A stretch of DNA of 64,000 nt, from the NCBI GenBank assembly GCA_964016885.1, contig OZ024740.1, positions 69,998,001 through 70,062,000 on the forward strand, given 5' to 3'. Position numbers and translations under genes: made by a program. The notes below the pieces were generated by a model. It was not told the DNA's origin. It did not search any database and saw nothing but the letters and a program-made list of their open reading frames with translations. This DNA is from Eledone cirrhosa. Lineage: Eukaryota. Shown here in pieces: positions 57,700 to 64,000 of the stretch; the first letter of the stretch is position 1, and the number at the start of each line of letters is the position of its first letter.

Positions 57700-60600
57700 C
57701 ACTTACTTAAATGTAAGTATGTATGTATACGTACATACATATATGTACAAAGACGTACAGTAGTATATATATATATATACACACATATATATATGCACGT
57801 ATCGGTTTACCGAACATTTATTATAATGCTCGGTTTGTTTGTTTGTAAACAAACAAACAGCCCGAAATACGCCGTACAGTGTTTAGGCAACCACGTCACC
57901 TTTTTGTTCAACACTGACACAGGAACGATGTACTAGTTTCAAGCATATTAGCTATCGTCATCCTCGTATACCTTCCTGCCAGATGGTTGATCGTCTGACA
58001 GTATATACTTTCCTTATGCATATTAACAGCTGAGCAGCCTAATTTGCATATCGAGTGAGTTCAGACGGCCGGGCACACCGAAAACGATAAATAGAATAGA
58101 ATGAAACGAAATTTAATTTCTCACTCTTAGTACGGCACTTACTTAAATATAAGTATGTATGTATACGTAGATACATATATGTATACAGACGTACAATAGT
58201 ATATATATATATACACACATGCATACATATATATATGCACTCATCCTGTTTACGGAATATTGATTATAATGCTCGGTTACTTTGTTTGTAAACAAACAAA
58301 CAGCCCGAATTACCCCGTACAGTGTTTAGGCAACCAGGTCACCTTTTGGTTCAACACTGACACAGGAACGATGTACTAGTTTCAAGCTTATTAGCTATCG
58401 TCATCGTCGTATACCTTCCTGCCAGATGGTTGAACGTCTGATAGTATATACTTTCCTTATGCATATTAACAGCTGAGCAGCCTAATTTGCATATCGAGTG
58501 AGTTCAGATGGCCGGGCACACCGAAAACGATAAATTTAATAGAATGAAACGAAATTTAATTTCTCACTCTTAGTACGGCCCTTACTTAAATCTAAGTATG
58601 TATGTATACGTACATACATATATGTATACAGACGTACAGTCGTATATATATATACACACATGCACACATATATATATATGCACGTATCCCGTTTACGGAA
58701 CATTTATTATAATGCTCGGTTTGTTTGTTTGTAAACAAACAAACAGCCCGAATTACGCCGTACAGTGTTTAGGCAACCACGTCACCTTTTTGTTCAACAC
58801 TGTCACAGGAACGATGTAGTAGTTTCAAGCTTATTAGCTATCGTCATCATCGTATACCTTCCTGCCAGATGGTTGAACGTCTGAAAGTATATACTTTCCT
58901 TATGCATATTAACAGCTGAGCAGCCTAATTTGCATATCGAGTGAGTTCAGACGGCCGGGCACACCGAAAACGATAAATGGAAGGGAATGAAACGAAATTT
59001 CATTTCTCACTCTTAGTACGGCATTTACTTAAATGCAAGTATGTATGTATACGTACATACATATATGTATACAGACGTACAGTAATATGCATATATATAC
59101 ACACATGCACACATATATATATATGCACGTATCGGTTAAACGAACATTTATTATAATGCTCGGTTTGTTTGTTTGTAAACAAACAAACAGCCCGAATTAC
59201 GCCGTACAGTGTTTAGGCAACCACGTCACCTTTTTGTTCAACACTGACACAGGAACGATGTACTAGTTTCAAGCTTATTAGCTATCGTCATCATCGTATA
59301 CCTTCCTGCCAGATGGTTGAACGTCTGAAAGTATATAATTTCCTTATGCATATTAACAGCTGAGCAGCCAAATTTGCATATCGAGTGAGTTCAGACGGCC
59401 GGGCACAGCGAAAACGATAAATGGAAGAGAATGAAACGAAATTTAATTTCTCACTCTTAGTAAGGCACTTACTTAAATGCAAGTATGTATGTATACGTAC
59501 ATACGTATATGTATACAGACGTACAGTAGTATGCATATATATACACACATGCACACATGTATATATGCACGTATCGGTTAACCGAACATTTATTATAATG
59601 CTCGATTTGTTTGTTTGTAAACAAACAAACAGCCCGAATTACGCCGTACAGTGTTTAGGCAACCACGTCACCTTTTTGTTCAACGCGGACACAGGAACGA
59701 TGTACTAGTTTGAAGCTTATTAGCTATCGTCATCAACGTATACCTTGCAGCCAGATGGTTGAACGTCTGAAAGTATATACTTTCCTTATGCATATTAACA
59801 GCTGCGCAGCCTAATTTGCATATCGAATGAGTGCAGATGGCCGGGCACAACGAAAACGATAAATAGAATGGAATGAAACGAAATTTAATTTCTCACTCTT
59901 ATGGCGGCACTTTCTTAAATGTAAGTATGTATGTATACGTACATACATATATGTATACAGACGTACAGTAGTATGCATATATATACACACATTCACACAT
60001 ATATATATGCACGTATCGATTAACCGAACATTTATTATAATGCTCGATTTGTTTGTTTGTAAACAAACAAACAGCCCGAATTACGCCGTACAGTGTTTAG
60101 GCAACCACGTCACCTTTTTGTTCAACACTGACACAGGATCGAAGTACTAGTTTCAAGCTTATTAGCTATCGTCATCATCGCAAACCTTCCAGCCAGATGG
60201 TTGAACGTCTGGAAGTATATACTTTCCTTATGCATATTAACAGCTGAGCAGCCTAATTTGCATATCGGGTGAGTTCAGACGGCCGGGCACACCGAAAACG
60301 ATAAATGGAATAGAATGAAACGAAATTTAATTTCTCACTCTTAGTACGGCACTTACTTAAATGTAAGTATGTATGTATACGTACATACATATATGTACAA
60401 AGACGTACAGTAGTATATATATATATATACACACATATATATATGCACGTATCGGTTTACCGAACATTTATTATAATGCTCGGTTTGTTTGTTTGTAAAC
60501 AAACAAACAGCCCGAAATACGCCGTACAGTGTTTAGGCAACCACGTCACCTTTTTGTTCAACACTGACACAGGAACGATGTACTAGTTTCAAGCATATTA

Positions 60601-63600
60601 GCTATCGTCATCCTCGTATACCTTCCTGCCAGATGGTTGATCGTCTGACAGTATATACTTTCCTTATGCATATTAACAGCTGAGCAGCCTAATTTGCATA
60701 TCGAGTGAGTTCAGACGGCCGGGCACACCGAAAACGATGAATAGAATAGAATGAAACGAAATTTAATTTCTCACTCTTAGTACGGCACTTACTTAAATGT
60801 AAGTATGTATGTATACGTAGATACATATATGTATACAGACGTACAGTAGTATATATATATATACACACATGCATACATATATATATATGCACTCATCCTG
60901 TTTACGGAATATTGATTATAATGCTCGGTTACTTTGTTTGTAAACAAACAAACAGCCCGAATTACCCCGTACAGTGTTTAGGCAACCAGGTCACCTTTTG
61001 GTTCAACACTGACACAGGAACGATGTACTAGTTTCAAGCTTATTAGCTATCGTCATCGTCGTATACCTTCCTGCCAGATGGTTGAACGTCTGATAGTATA
61101 TACTTTCCTTATGCATATTAACAGCTGAGCAGCCTAATTTGCATATCGAGTGAGTTCAGATGGCCGGGCACACCGAAAACGATAAATTTAATAGAATGAA
61201 ACGAAATTTAATTTCTCACTCTTAGTACGGCCCTTACTTAAATCTAAGTATGTATGTATACGTACATACATATATGTATACAGACGTACAGTCGTATATA
61301 TATATACACACATGCACACATATATATATATGCACGTATCCCGTTTACGGAACATTTATTATAATGCTCGGTTTGTTTGTTTGTAAACAAACAAACAGCC
61401 CGAATTACGCCGTACAGTGTTTAGGCAACCACGTCACCTTTTTGTTCAACACTGTCACAGGAACGATGTAGTAGTTTCAAGCTTATTAGCTATCGTCATC
61501 ATCGTATACCTTCCTGCCAGATGGTTGAACGTCTGAAAGTATATACTTTCCTTATGCATATTAACAGCTGAGCAGCCTAATTTGCATATCGAGTGAGTTC
61601 AGACGGCCGGGCACACCGAAAACGATAAATGGAAGGGAATGAAACGAAATTTCATTTCTCACTCTTAGTACGGCATTTACTTAAATGCAAGTATGTATGT
61701 ATACGTACATACATATATGTATACAGACGTACAGTAATATGCATATATATACACACATGCACACATATATATATATGCACGTATCGGTTAAACGAACATT
61801 TATTATAATGCTCGGTTTGTTTGTTTGTAAACAAACAAACAGCCCGAATTACGCCGTACAGTGTTTAGGCAACCACGTCACCTTTTTGTTCAACACTGAC
61901 ACAGGAACGATGTACTAGTTTCAAGCTTATTAGCTATCGTCATCATCGTATACCTTCCTGCCAGATGGTTGAACGTCTGAAAGTATATAATTTCCTTATG
62001 CATATTAACAGCTGAGCAGCCAAATTTGCATATCGAGTGAGTTCAGACGGCCGGGCACAGCGAAAACGATAAATGGAAGAGAATGAAACGAAATTTAATT
62101 TCTCACTCTTAGTAAGGCACTTACTTAAATGCAAGTATGTATGTATACGTACATACGTATATGTATACAGACGTACAGTAGTATGCATATATATACACAC
62201 ATGCACACATGTATATATGCACGTATCGGTTAACCGAACATTTATTATAATGCTCGGTTTGTTTGTTTGTAAACAAACAAACAGCCCGAATTACGCCGTA
62301 CAGTGTTTAGGCAACCACGTCACCTTTTTGTTCAACGCGGACACAGGAACGATGTACTAGTTTGAAGCTTATTAGCTATCGTCATCAACGTATACCTTGC
62401 AGCCAGATGGTTGAACGTCTGAAAGTATATACTTTCCTTATGCATATTAACAGCTGCGCAGCCTAATTTGCATATCGAATGAGTGCAGATGGCCGGGCAC
62501 AACGAAAACGATAAATAGAATGGAATGAAACGAAATTTAATTTCTCACTCTTATGGCGGCACTTTCTTAAATGTAAGTATGTATGTATACGTACATACAT
62601 ATATGTATACAGACGTACAGTAGTATGCATATATATACACACATTCACACATATATATATGCACGTATCGATTAACCGAACATTTATTATAATGCTCGAT
62701 TTGTTTGTTTGTAAACAAACAAACAGCCCGAATTACGCCGTACAGTGTTTAGGCAACCACGTCACCTTTTTGTTCAACACTGACACAGGATCGAAGTACT
62801 AGTTTCAAGCTTATTAGCTATCGTCATCATCGCAAACCTTCCAGCCAGATGGTTGAACGTCTGGAAGTATATACTTTCCTTATGCATATTAACAGCTGAG
62901 CAGCCTAATTTGCATATCGGGTGAGTTCAGACGGCCGGGCACACCGAAAACGATAAATGGAATAGAATGAAACGAAATTTAATTTCTCACTCTTAGTACG
63001 GCACTTACTTAAATGTAAGTATGTATGTATACGTACATACATATATGTACAAAGACGTACAGTAGTATATATATATATATACACACATATATATATGCAC
63101 GTATCGGTTTACCGAACATTTATTATAATGCTCGGTTTGTTTGTTTGTAAACAAACAAACAGCCCGAAATACGCCGTACAGTGTTTAGGCAACCACGTCA
63201 CCTTTTTGTTCAACACTGACACAGGAACGATGTACTAGTTTCAAGCATATTAGCTATCGTCATCCTCGTATACCTTCCTGCCAGATGGTTGATCGTCTGA
63301 CAGTATATACTTTCCTTATGCATATTAACAGCTGAGCAGCCTAATTTGCATATCGAGTGAGTTCAGACGGCCGGGCACACCGAAAACGATGAATAGAATA
63401 GAATGAAACGAAATTTAATTTCTCACTCTTAGTACGGCACTTACTTAAATGTAAGTATGTATGTATACGTAGATACATATATGTATACAGACGTACAGTA
63501 GTATATATATATATACACACATGCATACATATATATATATGCACTCATCCTGTTTACGGAATATTGATTATAATGCTCGGTTACTTTGTTTGTAAACAAA

Positions 63601-64000
63601 CAAACAGCCCGAATTACCCCGTACAGTGTTTAGGCAACCAGGTCACCTTTTGGTTCAACACTGACACAGGAACGATGTACTAGTTTCAAGCTTATTAGCT
63701 ATCGTCATCGTCGTATACCTTCCTGCCAGATGGTTGAACGTCTGATAGTATATACTTTCCTTATGCATATTAACAGCTGAGCAGCCTAATTTGCATATCG
63801 AGTGAGTTCAGATGGCCGGGCACACCGAAAACGATAAATTTAATAGAATGAAACGAAATTTAATTTCTCACTCTTAGTACGGCCCTTACTTAAATCTAAG
63901 TATGTATGTATACGTACATACATATATGTATACAGACGTACAGTAATATGCATATATATACACACATGCACACATATATATATATGCACGTATCGGTTAA
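57695..64000. repeat. ~442-bp satellite with 6-monomer (2650-2652 bp) higher-order repeat; mutated hammerhead in each monomer (minus strand)
   Basis: Monomers start at ~57695, 58131, 58574, 59017, 59461, 59901, 60345... Identical ORFs recur at +2650/2652. The array runs off the window end. Confidence 0.95.

Noticed and set aside
58039-63544. Recurring 60-95 aa ORFs in the satellite
   Set aside because: Frames vary among monomers and include microsatellite-derived residues; useful only as periodicity markers.
57695-64000. CRISPR array or rDNA/snRNA tandem cluster
   Set aside because: No short repeat with unique spacers, eukaryotic context, and no 5S, tRNA or snRNA similarity visible.

Overview
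AT-rich, repeat-dense eukaryotic (animal) DNA with no confidently identifiable host gene. The SINE, microsatellite and LINE content suggests an octopus-like cephalopod (inference). Most long 'ORFs' are translations of (TA)n, (CA)n or (CT)n microsatellites. Coding remnants are all transposon-derived: a near full-length but disrupted Tx1/L1-clade LINE (10.5-16.3 kb) plus older fragments, a 5'-truncated CR1/L2-type LINE, a Penelope-like element with an open GIY-YIG ORF (29.3-30.4 kb), and RTE, hAT, mariner-MITE, Helitron-end and tRNA-SINE pieces. The main discovery is a family of non-coding 430-470 bp units, each carrying a type I hammerhead ribozyme (CUGANGA...GAAA-CUAG-UH) with compensatory stem changes between subfamilies. 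They occur as tandem or inverted clusters at 23, 27-29, 36-37 and 47.6-48.5 kb, like retrozymes or Penelope pLTRs. One lineage has become a ~442-bp satellite with a 6-monomer (~2.65 kb) higher-order repeat (57.7-64 kb), in which every ribozyme core carries the same C3->A lesion. Further unrelated minimal hammerheads and many fold-back structures sit beside (TA)n tracts.
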